A stretch of DNA of 41,214 bases from a virus (lineage: Duplodnaviria > Heunggongvirae > Uroviricota > Caudoviricetes): the IMG/VR virus record IMGVR_UViG_2565956710_000004; one strand, 5' to 3'. A program made the position numbers and the translations under genes. Positions 16,562 to 29,470 of this stretch are shown here, one piece after another; the stretch's first letter is position 1; each line of letters opens with the position of its first letter. The notes beneath the pieces were generated by a model that worked only from the letters and a program-made list of their open reading frames with translations, was not told the DNA's origin and did not search any database.

Positions 16562-17019
16562 GCAGAATAACCGCGATTATCTCCGCTCTGGTTATCTGCG
16601 TCATCGTCTGCCTTTCATGGGCGGTTAATCATTACCGCGATAACGCGATTACCTACAAAGCCCAGCGCGACAAAAATGCCAGAGAACTGACGCTGGCGAA
16701 CGCGGCAATTACTGACATACAGATGCGTCAGCGTGATGTTGCTGCGCTCGATGCAAAATACACGAAGGAGTTAGCTGATGCGAAAGCTGAAAATGATGCT
16801 CTGCGTGATGATGTTGCCGCTGGTCGTCGTCGGTTGCACATCAAAGCAGTCTGTCAGTCAGTGCGTGAAGCCACCACCGCCTCCGGCGTGGATAATGCAG
16901 CCTCCCCCCGACTGGCAGACACCGCTGAACGGGATTATTTCACCCTCAGAGAGAGGCTGATCACTATGCAAAAACAACTGGAAGGAACCCAGAAGTATAT
17001 TAATGAGCAGTGCAGATAG
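16558..17019 (+). CDS. Rz: Inner-membrane spanin Rz
   Basis: 153 aa with N-terminal TM segment, near-identical to lambda Rz; overlaps R by 4 nt. Confidence 0.9.
   Translation: MSRITAIISALVICVIVCLSWAVNHYRDNAITYKAQRDKNARELTLANAAITDIQMRQRDVAALDAKYTKELADAKAENDALRDDVAAGRRRLHIKAVCQSVREATTASGVDNAASPRLADTAERDYFTLRERLITMQKQLEGTQKYINEQCR
16778..16960 (+). CDS. Rz1: Outer-membrane lipoprotein spanin Rz1 (embedded in Rz, +1 frame)
   Basis: 60 aa [24 protein letters not shown]...[15 protein letters not shown]..., lipobox LVVVGC and Pro-rich region, matching lambda Rz1. Confidence 0.85.
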   Translation: MRKLKMMLCVMMLPLVVVGCTSKQSVSQCVKPPPPPAWIMQPPPDWQTPLNGIISPSERG

Positions 17020-17024
17020 AGCTG

Positions 17025-17040
17025 CCCATATCGATGGGCA
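17025..17040. terminator. Hairpin between convergent Rz and bor (possible bidirectional terminator)
   Basis: Perfect palindrome GCCCAT-ATCG-ATGGGC between the Rz stop (17019) and bor stop (17051); no strong T-tract, so efficiency is uncertain. Confidence 0.35.
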
Positions 17041-17050
17041 ACTCATGCAA

Positions 17051-17344
17051 TTATTGTGAGCAATACACACGCGCTTCCAGCGGAGTATAAATGCCTAAAG
17101 TAATAAAACCGAGCAATCCATTTACGAATGTTTGCTGGGTTTCTGTTTTAACAACATTTTCTGCACCACCACAAATTTTTGCTGCATCGACAGTTTTCTT
17201 CTGCCCAATTCCCGAAACGAAGAAATGATGGGTGATGGTTTCCTTTGGTGTTACTGCTGTAGGTTTGTTTCCAACAGTAAACGTCTGTTGAGCACATCCT
17301 GTAATAAGCATTGCCAGAGCGGCAGAAAACAACATTTTTTTCAT
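17051..17344 (-). CDS. bor: Bor lipoprotein (serum-resistance, lysogenic conversion)
   Basis: 97 aa from ATG 17342-17344: MKKMLFSAALAMLITGCAQQTFTV...YTPLEARVYCSQ, near-identical to lambda Bor; lipobox LITGC. Confidence 0.9.
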   Translation of the reverse strand: MKKMLFSAALAMLITGCAQQTFTVGNKPTAVTPKETITHHFFVSGIGQKKTVDAAKICGGAENVVKTETQQTFVNGLLGFITLGIYTPLEARVYCSQ

Positions 17345-17824
17345 CTTATTATCCTGCATTGTTAAAAACGGCAGAATCCTATGTGACAACAATTAAACGA
17401 TAGTTAAATGGATTGATGAAAATTAAAACTACACAGGTGGGCTCAGACTATTGGAGGAAGTTGGGGACACTCAGAATCCTGTGGAATGAAATAAACCGGT
17501 CTATCCGTCCATTACCCTTTTAGCTGCGCTGTATCGTCGCCGTATTCCCGCATTAACCATGACCGTAGCCCGACGGGGAATTCCTTCTGCGTGAGTGTGC
17601 GGGAATAATTAAAAACGATGCACACCGGGTTTTTACCGCGTTAATGATTCGCGGGTTTATCCCGGTGCGATGGTGGAAGAAACAGGAAGCTGTATTACAG
17701 AAAGTGCTACTACTGTATCCCGATGCGATGTATGTAATGTGAGTCAGATAATGGCACAGGATGTGGTGATGTGGCAGTCTGGAACACAGGATATATTGTC
17801 AGAATAAGACCCGTAGGAATAAAA

Positions 17825-18151
17825 ATGAAAAGACGCCTTTTACTACTTTTTCTGTTATCTGTCCTGGCAGTGGGATGCTCGCAGCAAAAAGCTGATGAGC
17901 CCCGGCAATTAGTGACGGTGTATCCACGATATCCGGAATATGCTGCAGCAAATTATATCAAGGGGCTGGTTGAGGTTAAGTTCGATATTGGTGCTGATGG
18001 GACTGTGACACGGATCGTTTTTCTCCGCTCAGAGCCTCATAATTTGTTTCGTGATGAAGTGGTGAAGGCCATGGCGAAATGGCGATTTGAAAAGAATCGC
18101 CCCTGTCAGGGAGTGAAGAGACAATTTATCTTTACGCCGTCACGTCCTTGA
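17825..18151 (+). CDS. Putative lipoprotein
   Basis: 108 aa from ATG 17825; signal peptide plus lipobox MKRRLLLLFLLSVLAVGCSQ, then a soluble domain. Between bor and cos, where lambda carries small envelope-protein ORFs. Confidence 0.5.
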   Translation: MKRRLLLLFLLSVLAVGCSQQKADEPRQLVTVYPRYPEYAAANYIKGLVEVKFDIGADGTVTRIVFLRSEPHNLFRDEVVKAMAKWRFEKNRPCQGVKRQFIFTPSRP

Positions 18152-18514
18152 TGCTTCTAGGTAGAGAGGGGCTGGAAGCAGGAGAAAAATGAAAGAGCCA
18201 GCGGTTATATTTTTGTCATGGCTGACGAGGAATGATGGAAGAAGGCGTTGTATGCCACACAACGCCTCACTGTTCATTTCTTCTTTTTCTCTGGTGGAAC
18301 CCGATGAATAAGAGTTGCACTGGTTTCCGATGAGATGGCGATATACTCGGGCAAAGTATGCTGGCAGTTTTCCAACTGGTCAAAAATACCTGCTCTCGTC
18401 TGTTGCAATGCCTGCAGCATGCGGCGGCAATGCGCCTTGCTTTTACTAACCATCTTTCCTTCCTCTATCAGTCGCTGCGTGAACTCATCATGGAATACCA
18501 GGTAAATGCGGATG

Positions 18515-18766
18515 TTATCGGTTTTGGCTACGCAGCATAGTACAAAACGGACAGGTGCATCCCGGGACGGGGGAGGCGTCACATGTCCCTGTGATGGTTG
18601 TTCCGGGTAATGTACTGTGTGGGGCATAAAAATGTCCGATAATTTTACTTTCTACCGCAGTTAGTTGATTCGTTGGTCCTGGTAGCACATTGGGCGAGGA
18701 TTTAAATGCCAGGCAACTGAAGGATGATGTCGCAAGGGAGATAGCGAGAATATTTCTGATTTTCAT
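18515..18766 (-). CDS. Hypothetical small secreted protein
   Basis: 83 aa from ATG 18764-18766 with N-terminal signal-like segment MKIRNILAISLATSSFSCLA; overlaps another minus-strand ORF (18274-18627), so only one of the two is likely real. Confidence 0.3.
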   Translation of the reverse strand: MKIRNILAISLATSSFSCLAFKSSPNVLPGPTNQLTAVESKIIGHFYAPHSTLPGTTITGTCDASPVPGCTCPFCTMLRSQNR

Positions 18767-18914
18767 TTGATGATGCCTCTGTGTGAAATGACGGTAAACG
18801 ACGCACTTGTGCCGGCACATAATAGCAAGCACCATAATAGATCAGATTCGATTCTTGCTGTAAGTGATAATTATTCTCGTTTTCGGGTCCTTTCCGTCGA
18901 TCCAACAGGTTACG

Positions 18915-18926
18915 GGGCGGCGACCT
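18915..18926 (+). other. cosN cohesive-end site (12-nt GGGCGGCGACCT)
   Basis: Exact lambda cohesive-end sequence, preceded by the lambda right-end sequence ...CGATCCAACAGGTTACG and followed by a cosB-like region up to Nu1 (19104), about 189 bp upstream of Nu1 as in lambda. Confidence 0.85.
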
Positions 18927-19103
18927 CGCGGGTTTTCGCTATTTATGAAAATTTTCCGGTTTAAGGCGTTTCCGTTCTTCTTCGCCGTAACTTAATGTTT
19001 TTATTTAAAACACTCCCTGAAAAGAAAGGAAACGACAGGTGCTGAAAACGGGCTTTTTGGCCTCTGTCGTTTCCTTTCTCTGTTTTTGTCCGTGGAATGA
19101 GCA

Positions 19104-19623
19104 ATGGAAGTCAACAAAAAGCAGCTGGCTGACATTTTCGGCGCGAGTATCCGTACTATTCAGAACTGGCAGGAGCAGGGAATGCCCGTTCTGCGAGGCG
19201 GTGGGAAGGGTAATGAGGTGCTTTATGACTCTGCCGACGTCATAAAATGGTATGCCGAAAGGGATGCTGAAATTGAGAACGAAAAGCTGCGCCGGGAGGT
19301 TGAAGAACTGCGACAGGCCAGCGAGACAGATCTCCAGCCAGGGACTATTGAGTACGAACGCCATCGACTTACGCGTGCGCAGGCCGACGCACAGGAGCTG
19401 AAAAATGCCAGAGACTCCGCTGAAGTGGTGGAAACCGCATTCTGTACTTTCGTGCTGTCGCGGATCGCAGGTGAAATTGCCAGTATTCTCGACGGGATCC
19501 CCCTGTCGGTGCAGCGGCGTTTTCCGGAACTGGAAAACCGACATGTTGATTTCCTGAAACGGGATATCATCAAAGCCATGAACAAAGCAGCCGCGCTGGA
19601 TGAACTGATACCGGGGTTGCTGA

Positions 19624-19649
<26 letters not shown>
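19104..19649 (+). CDS. nu1: Terminase small subunit Nu1
   Basis: 181 aa MEVNKKQLADIFGASIRTIQNWQEQGMPVLRGGGKGNEVLYDSA..., near-identical to lambda Nu1. Confidence 0.95.
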
Positions 19650-23330
<3,681 letters not shown>

Positions 23331-23350
<20 letters not shown>

Positions 23351-24662
23351 TCTCCCGCATATTGCCAGCATGGCCTTTAATGAGCCGCTGATGCTTGAAC
23401 CCGCCTATGCGCGGGTTTTCTTTTGTGCGCTTGCAGGCCAGCTTGGGATCAGCCGCCTGACGGATGCGGTGTCCGGCGACAGCCTGACTGCCCAGGAGGC
23501 ACTTGCGACGCTGGCATTATCCGGTGATGATGACGGACCACGACAGGCCCGCAGTTATCAGGTCATGAACGGCATCGCCGTGCTGCCGGTGTCCGGCACG
23601 CTGGTCAGCCGGACGCGGGCGCTGCAGCCGTACTCGGGGATGACCGGTTACAACGGCATTATCGCCCGTCTGCAACAGGCTGCCAGCGACCCGATGGTGG
23701 ACGGCATTCTGCTCGATATGGACACGCCAGGCGGAATGGTGGCGGGAGCATTTGACTGCGCTGACATCATCGCCCGTGTGCGTGACATAAAGCCGGTATG
23801 GGCGCTGGCCAACGACATGAACTGCAGTGCAGGTCAACTGCTTGCCAGCGCCGCCTCCCGACGTCTGGTCACGCAGACCGCCCGGACAGGCTCCATCGGC
23901 GTCATGATGGCTCACAGTAATTACGGCACTGCGCTGGAGAAACAGGGCGTGGAAATCACGCTGATTTACAGCGGCAGCCATAAGGTGGATGGCAACCCCT
24001 ACAGCCATCTACCGGATGATGTCCGGGAAACACTGCAGTCCCGGATGGATGCAACCCGCCGGATGTTTGCGCAGAAGGTGTCGGCATATACCGGCCTGTC
24101 CGTGCAGGCTGTGCTGGATACCGAGGCAGCAGTGTACAGCGGTCAGGAGGCCATTGATGCCGGACTGGCTGATGAACTTGTTAACAGCACCGATGCGATC
24201 ACCGTCATGCGTGAGGCACTGGATGCACGTAAATCCCGTCTCTCAGGAGGGCGAATGACCAAAGAGACTCAATCAACAACTGTTTCAGCCACTGCTTCGC
24301 AGGCTGACGTTACTGACGTGGTGCCAGCGACGGAGGGCGAAAACGCCAGCGCGGCGCAGCCGGACGTGAACGCGCAGATCACCGCAGCGGTTGCGGCAGA
24401 AAACAGCCGCATTATGGGGATCCTCAACTGTGAGGAGGCTCACGGACGCGAAGAACAGGCGCGCGTTCTGGCAGAAACCCCCGGAATGACCGTGGAAACG
24501 GCCCGCCGCATTCTGGCTGCAGCACCACAGAGTGCACAGGCGCGCAGTGACACTGCGCTGGATCGTCTGATGCAGGGTGCACCGGCACCGCTGGCTGCAG
24601 GTAACCTGGCATCTGATACCAATAAAGAATTACTTAATACACCTGAAGCTTTACCGGTATAA
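23331..24662 (+). CDS. C: Head maturation protease / scaffold C
   Basis: GTG 23331 start giving MTAELRNLPHIASMAFNEPLMLEPAYARVFF... (lambda gpC); 20-nt overlap with B as in lambda. The track ORF start at 23217 is an upstream extension. Confidence 0.9.
24045..24662 (+). CDS. nu3: Scaffolding protein Nu3 (in-frame internal start within C)
   Basis: In-frame ATG 24045 (MDATRRMFAQK...) at the same offset (714 nt) from the C start as lambda Nu3. Confidence 0.6.
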   Translation: MDATRRMFAQKVSAYTGLSVQAVLDTEAAVYSGQEAIDAGLADELVNSTDAITVMREALDARKSRLSGGRMTKETQSTTVSATASQADVTDVVPATEGENASAAQPDVNAQITAAVAAENSRIMGILNCEEAHGREEQARVLAETPGMTVETARRILAAAPQSAQARSDTALDRLMQGAPAPLAAGNLASDTNKELLNTPEALPV

Positions 24663-24671
24663 GAGGCAGTT

Positions 24672-25004
24672 ATGGCGACAAAAGAAGAGTTTAACCATTA
24701 CCAGCCGCTGGGTAACAGTGATCCGGCTCATACAGCAATTGCGCCTGGCGGATTGAGTGCGAAAACGCCTGCAATGACCCCGCTGATGCTGGATGGCACT
24801 ACCCGTAAGCTGGTTGTGTGGGATGGCACCACCGACGGTGCAGCCGTTGGCATTCTGGCGGTTGCTGCTGACCAGACCAGCACCACACTGACGTTCTACA
24901 AGTCCGGCTCGTTCCGTTATGAGGATGTGCTCTGGCCGGAGGCTGCCAGCGACGAGACTAAAAAACGGACCGCGTTTGCCGGAACGGCAATCAGCATCGT
25001 TTAA
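24672..25004 (+). CDS. D: Head decoration protein D
   Basis: 110 aa ...[33 protein letters not shown]...[10 protein letters not shown], lambda gpD. Confidence 0.95.
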   Translation: MATKEEFNHYQPLGNSDPAHTAIAPGGLSAKTPAMTPLMLDGTTRKLVVWDGTTDGAAVGILAVAADQTSTTLTFYKSGSFRYEDVLWPEAASDETKKRTAFAGTAISIV

Positions 25005-25021
25005 TCTTCCCCTTCATCAAC

Positions 25022-25047
25022 AAAGGCCGCCTGTGCGGCTTTTTTTA
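25022..25047 (+). terminator. Hairpin with T-run between D and E (partial terminator/attenuator)
   Basis: Stem GGCCGC / GCGGC flanked by AAA and TTTTTTT (AAAGGCCGCCTGTGCGGCTTTTTTT). Confidence 0.4.
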
Positions 25048-25059
25048 TGGAAATAATTT

Positions 25060-26085
25060 ATGTCTGTATATACAACCGCAGAATTACTGGCATCGACCCA
25101 GCATCACTTTAAGTTCGATCCGCTGTTTCTGCGCCTGTTTTTCCGTGAAACCTATCCTTTCACCACGGAAAAAGTCTATCTCTCACAAATTCCGGGACTG
25201 GTAAACATGGCGCTGTACGTTTCGCCGATTGTTTCCGGTGAGGTTATCCGATCCCGTGGCGGCTCCACCTCTGAATTTACGCCGGGTTATGTCAAACCCA
25301 AGCATGAGGTGAATCCGCAGATGACCCTGCGTCGCCTGCCGGATGAAGATCCGCAGAACCTGGCTGACCCGGCTTACCGTCGTCGCCGTATTATTCGGCA
25401 GAATATGCTGGATGAAAATCTGGCGATTGCCCAGGTCGAAGAGATGCAGGCAGTTTCTGCCGTGCTTAAGGGCAAATATACCATGACCGGTGAAGCCTTC
25501 GATCCGGTTGAGGTGGATATGGGCCGCAGTGAGGCGAATAACATCACGCAGTCCGGCGGCACGGAGTGGAGCAAGCGTGACAAGTCCACGTATGACCCGA
25601 CCGACGATATCGAAGCCTACGCGCTGAACGCCAGCGGTGTGGTGAATATCATCGTGTTTGATCCGAAAGGCTGGGCGCTGTTCCGTTCCTTCAAAGCCGT
25701 CAAGGAGAAGCTGGATACCCGTCGCGGCTCTCATTCCGAGCTGGAGACAGCGGTAAAAGACTTGGGCAAAGCGGTGTCCTATAAGGGAATGTATGGCGAT
25801 GTGGCCATCGTCGTGTATTCCGGACAGTACGTGGAAAACGGCGTCAAAAAGAACTTCCTGCCGGACAACACGATGGTGCTGGGGAACACTCAGGCTCGCG
25901 GTCTGCGCACCTATGGCTGCATTCAGGATGCGGACGCACAGCGCGAAGGCATTAACGCCTCTGCCCGTTACCCGAAAAACTGGGTGACCACCGGCGATCC
26001 GGCGCGTGAGTTCACCATGATTCAGTCAGCACCGCTGATGCTGCTGGCTGATCCTGATGAGTTCGTGTCCGTACAACTGGCGTAA
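25060..26085 (+). CDS. E: Major capsid protein E
   Basis: 341 aa, lambda gpE. Confidence 0.95.
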   Translation: MSVYTTAELLASTQHHFKFDPLFLRLFFRETYPFTTEKVYLSQIPGLVNMALYVSPIVSGEVIRSRGGSTSEFTPGYVKPKHEVNPQMTLRRLPDEDPQNLADPAYRRRRIIRQNMLDENLAIAQVEEMQAVSAVLKGKYTMTGEAFDPVEVDMGRSEANNITQSGGTEWSKRDKSTYDPTDDIEAYALNASGVVNIIVFDPKGWALFRSFKAVKEKLDTRRGSHSELETAVKDLGKAVSYKGMYGDVAIVVYSGQYVENGVKKNFLPDNTMVLGNTQARGLRTYGCIQDADAQREGINASARYPKNWVTTGDPAREFTMIQSAPLMLLADPDEFVSVQLA

Positions 26086-26125
26086 TCATGGCCCTTCGGG
26101 GCCATTTCTCTCGGTGGAGGAGTCC

Positions 26126-26521
26126 ATGACGAAAGATGAACTGATTGCCCGTCTCCGCTCGCTGGGTGAACAACTGAACCGTGATGTCAGCCTGACGGGG
26201 ACGAAAGAAGAACTGGCGCTCCGTGTGGCAGAGCTGGAAGAGGAGCTTGATGACACGGATGACGCTGCCGGTCAGGACACATCTGTCAGCCCGGAAAATG
26301 CGCTGACCGGACATGAAAATGAGGTGGTATCAGCGCAGCCGGATACCGTGACTGATACGGCTGATCTGGTCACGGTTGTGGCACTGGTGACGCTGCATAC
26401 TGATGCACTTCACGCCACGCGGGATGAACCTGTGGCATTTGTGCTGCCGGGAACGGCGTTCCGTGTCTCTGCCGGTGTGGCAGCTGAAATGACAGAGCGC
26501 GGCCTGGCCAGAATGCAATAA
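26126..26521 (+). CDS. FI: DNA-packaging / head completion protein FI
   Basis: ATG 26126 after GGAGG; MTKDELIARLRSLGEQLNRDVSLTGTKEELALRVAELEEELDD..., lambda gpFI. The track start at 26057 is an upstream extension. Confidence 0.9.
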   Translation: MTKDELIARLRSLGEQLNRDVSLTGTKEELALRVAELEEELDDTDDAAGQDTSVSPENALTGHENEVVSAQPDTVTDTADLVTVVALVTLHTDALHATRDEPVAFVLPGTAFRVSAGVAAEMTERGLARMQ

Positions 26522-26532
26522 CGGGAGGCGCT

Positions 26533-26886
26533 GTGGCTGATTTCGATAACCTGTTCGATGCTGCCATTGCCCGCGCCGATGAAACGATACGCGGGTACAT
26601 GGGAACGTCAGCCACCATGACATCCGGTGAGCAGTCCGGTGCTGTGATACGTGGTGTTTTTGATGACCCTGAAAATATCAGCTATGCCGGACAGGGCGTG
26701 CGCGTTGAAGGCTCCAGCCCGTCCCTGTTTGTCCGGACTGATGATGTGCGGCAGCTGCGGCGCGGCGACACGCTGACCATCGGTGAGGAAAACTTCTGGA
26801 TAGACCGGATTTCGCCGGATGATGGCGGAAGCTGTCATCTCTGGCTTGGGCGGGGCGTACCGCCTGCCGTTAACCGTCGCCGCTGA
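26533..26886 (+). CDS. FII: Head-tail connector FII
   Basis: 117 aa MADFDNLFDAAIARADETIRGYMGTSA..., lambda gpFII. Confidence 0.9.
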   Translation: MADFDNLFDAAIARADETIRGYMGTSATMTSGEQSGAVIRGVFDDPENISYAGQGVRVEGSSPSLFVRTDDVRQLRRGDTLTIGEENFWIDRISPDDGGSCHLWLGRGVPPAVNRRR

Positions 26887-26897
26887 AAGGGGGATGT

Positions 26898-27476
26898 ATG
26901 GCCATAAAAGGTCTTGAGCAGGCCGTTGAAAACCTCAGCCGTATCAGCAGAACGGCGGTGCCCGGTGCCGCCGCAATGGCCATTAACCGCGTTGCTTCAT
27001 CCGCGATATCGCAGTCGGCGTCACAGGTTGCCCGTGAGACAAAGGTACGCCGGAAACTGGTAAAGGAAAGGGCCAGGCTGAAAAGGGCCACGGTCAAAAA
27101 TCCGCAGGCCAGAATCAAGGTTAACCGGGGGGATTTGCCCGTAATCAGGCTGGGTAACGCGCGGGTTGTCCTGTCCCGACGCAGGCGTCGTAAAAAGGGG
27201 CAGCGTTCATCCCTGAAAGGTGGCGACAGCGTGCTTGTGGTGGGAAACCGTCGTATTCCCGGCGCGTTTATTCAGCAACTGAAAAATGGCCGGTGGCATG
27301 TCATGCAGCGCGTGGCCGGGAAAAACCGTTACCCCATTGATGTGGTGAAAATCCCGATGGCAGTGCCGCTGACCACGGCGTTTAAACAGAATATTGAGCG
27401 GATACGGCGTGAACGTCTTCCGAAAGAGCTGGGCTATGCGCTGCAGCATCAACTGAGGATGGTAATAAAGCGATGA
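26898..27476 (+). CDS. Z: Tail completion protein Z
   Basis: 192 aa, lambda gpZ. Confidence 0.9.
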   Translation: MAIKGLEQAVENLSRISRTAVPGAAAMAINRVASSAISQSASQVARETKVRRKLVKERARLKRATVKNPQARIKVNRGDLPVIRLGNARVVLSRRRRRKKGQRSSLKGGDSVLVVGNRRIPGAFIQQLKNGRWHVMQRVAGKNRYPIDVVKIPMAVPLTTAFKQNIERIRRERLPKELGYALQHQLRMVIKR

Positions 27477-27868
27477 AACATACAGAACTCCGTGCAGCCG
27501 TACTGGATGCACTGGAAAAACATGACACCGGGGCGACGCTTTTTGATGGTCGCCCCGCTGTTTTTGATGAGGAGGATTTTCCGGCAGTTGCCGTTTATCT
27601 CACCGGCGCTGAATACACGGGCGAAGAGCTGGACAGCGATACCTGGCAGGCGGAGCTGCATATTGAAGTTTTCCTGCCTGCTCAGGTGCCGGATTCAGAG
27701 CTGGATTCGTGGATGGAGTCCCGGATTTATCCGGTGATGAGCGATGTCCCGGCACTGTCAGATTTGATCACCAGTATGGTGGCCAGTGGCTATGACTACC
27801 GGCGCGACGATGATGCGGGCCTGTGGAGTTCAGCCGATCTGACTTATGTCATTACCTATGAAATGTGA
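27473..27868 (+). CDS. U: Tail terminator protein U
   Basis: 131 aa [54 protein letters not shown]..., lambda gpU. Confidence 0.9.
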   Translation: MKHTELRAAVLDALEKHDTGATLFDGRPAVFDEEDFPAVAVYLTGAEYTGEELDSDTWQAELHIEVFLPAQVPDSELDSWMESRIYPVMSDVPALSDLITSMVASGYDYRRDDDAGLWSSADLTYVITYEM

Positions 27869-27875
27869 GGACGAT

Positions 27876-28616
27876 ATGCCTGTACCAAATCCAGTAATGC
27901 CGGTGAAAGGGGCCGGGACCACCCTGTGGGTTTATAAGGGGAACGGTGACCCTTATGCGAACCCGCTTTCAGACGTTGACTGGTCGCGTCTGGCTAAAGT
28001 TAAAGACCTGACGCCCGGCGAACTGAGCGCTGAGTCCTATGACGACAGCTATCTCGATGATGAAGATGCGGACTGGACTGCGACCGGGCAGGGGCAGAAA
28101 TCTGCCGGAGATACCAGCTTCACGCTGGCGTGGATGCCCGGAGAGCAGGGGCAGCAGGCGCTGCTGGCGTGGTTTAATGAAGGGGATACCCGTGCCTATA
28201 AAATCCGCTTCCCGAACGGCACGGTCGATGTGTTCCGCGGCTGGGTCAGCAGTATCGGTAAGGCGGTGACGGCGAAGGAAGTGATCACCCGCACGGTGAA
28301 AGTCACCAACGTGGGACGTCCGTCGATGGCAGAAGATCGCAGCACGGTGACGGCGACAACCGGCATGACGGTGACACCCGCCAGTGCTTCCGTAGTGAAA
28401 GGGCAGAGCACTACGCTGACCGTGGCATTCCAGCCGGAGGGCGCAACCGACAAGAGCTTCCGTGCGGTGTCTGCGGATAAAACAAAAGCCACCGTGTCGG
28501 TCAGCGGTATGACCATCACCGTGAACGGCGTTGCTGCAGGCAAGGTCAACATTCCGGTTGTATCCGGTAATGGTGAGTTTGCTGCGGTTGCAGAAATCAC
28601 CGTCACCGCCAGTTAA
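27876..28616 (+). CDS. V: Major tail tube protein V
   Basis: 246 aa from ATG 27876 ([22 protein letters not shown]...), lambda gpV including the C-terminal Ig-like domain. Confidence 0.9.
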   Translation: MPVPNPVMPVKGAGTTLWVYKGNGDPYANPLSDVDWSRLAKVKDLTPGELSAESYDDSYLDDEDADWTATGQGQKSAGDTSFTLAWMPGEQGQQALLAWFNEGDTRAYKIRFPNGTVDVFRGWVSSIGKAVTAKEVITRTVKVTNVGRPSMAEDRSTVTATTGMTVTPASASVVKGQSTTLTVAFQPEGATDKSFRAVSADKTKATVSVSGMTITVNGVAAGKVNIPVVSGNGEFAAVAEITVTAS

Positions 28617-28631
28617 TCCGGAGAGTCAGCG

Positions 28632-29054
28632 ATGTTCCTGAAAACCGAATCATTTGAACATAACGGCGTGACCGTCACGCTTTCTGAACTGTCAGCCCTG
28701 CAGCGTATTGAGCATCTCGCCCTGATGAAACGGCAGGCAGAACAGGCGGAGTCAGACAGCAACCGGAAGTTTACTGTGGAAGACGCCATCAGAACCGGTG
28801 CTTTTGTGGTAGCGATGTCCCTGTGGCATAACCATCCGCAGAAGACAAAGCTGCCTTCCATGAATGAAGCCGTTAAACAGATTGAGCAGGAAGTGCTTAC
28901 CACCTGGCCTACAGAGGCAATTTCTCATGCTGAAAACGTGGTGTACCGGCTGTCCGGTATGTATGAGTTTGTGGTGAATGATGCCCCTGAACAGGCAGAG
29001 GACGCCGGGCCTGCAGAGCCTGTTTCTGCGGGAAAGTGTTCGACGGTGAGCTGA
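28632..29054 (+). CDS. G: Tail assembly chaperone G
   Basis: 140 aa, lambda gpG. Confidence 0.9.
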   Translation: MFLKTESFEHNGVTVTLSELSALQRIEHLALMKRQAEQAESDSNRKFTVEDAIRTGAFVVAMSLWHNHPQKTKLPSMNEAVKQIEQEVLTTWPTEAISHAENVVYRLSGMYEFVVNDAPEQAEDAGPAEPVSAGKCSTVS

Positions 29055-29470
29055 GTTTTGCCCTGAAACTGGCGCGTGAGATGGGGCGACCTGACTGGCG
29101 CGCCATGCTTGCCGGGATGTCATCCACAGAGTATGCCGACTGGCACCGCTTTTACAGTACCCATTATTTTCATGATGTTCTGCTGGATATGCACTTTTCC
29201 GGGCTGACGTACACCGTGCTCAGCCTGTTTTTCAGCGATCCGGATATGCATCCGCTGGATTTCAGTCTGCTGAACCGGCGTGAGGCTGACGAAGAGCCTG
29301 AAGATGATGTGCTGATGCAGAAAGCGGCAGGGCTTGCCGGAGGCGTCCGCTTTGCCCCGGACGGAAATGAAGTTATCCCCGCTTCCCCGGATATGGCGGG
29401 CATGACGGAGGATGACGTAATGCTGATGACAGTATCAGAAGGGATCGCAGGAGGAGTCCGGTATGGCTGA
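28632..29470 (+). CDS. T: Tail assembly chaperone G-T fusion made by programmed -1 ribosomal frameshift
   Basis: Slippery heptamer G GGA AAG at 29030-29036 near the 3' end of G; the -1 frame continues as ...KVFDGELSFALKLAREMGRPDW... (lambda T) to the stop at 29468-29470. Confidence 0.8.
29030..29036 (+). other. Programmed -1 frameshift slippery site (GGGAAAG) for G-T
   Basis: Heptamer read in-frame as G GGA AAG in G; identical to the lambda G/T slippery sequence. Confidence 0.8.
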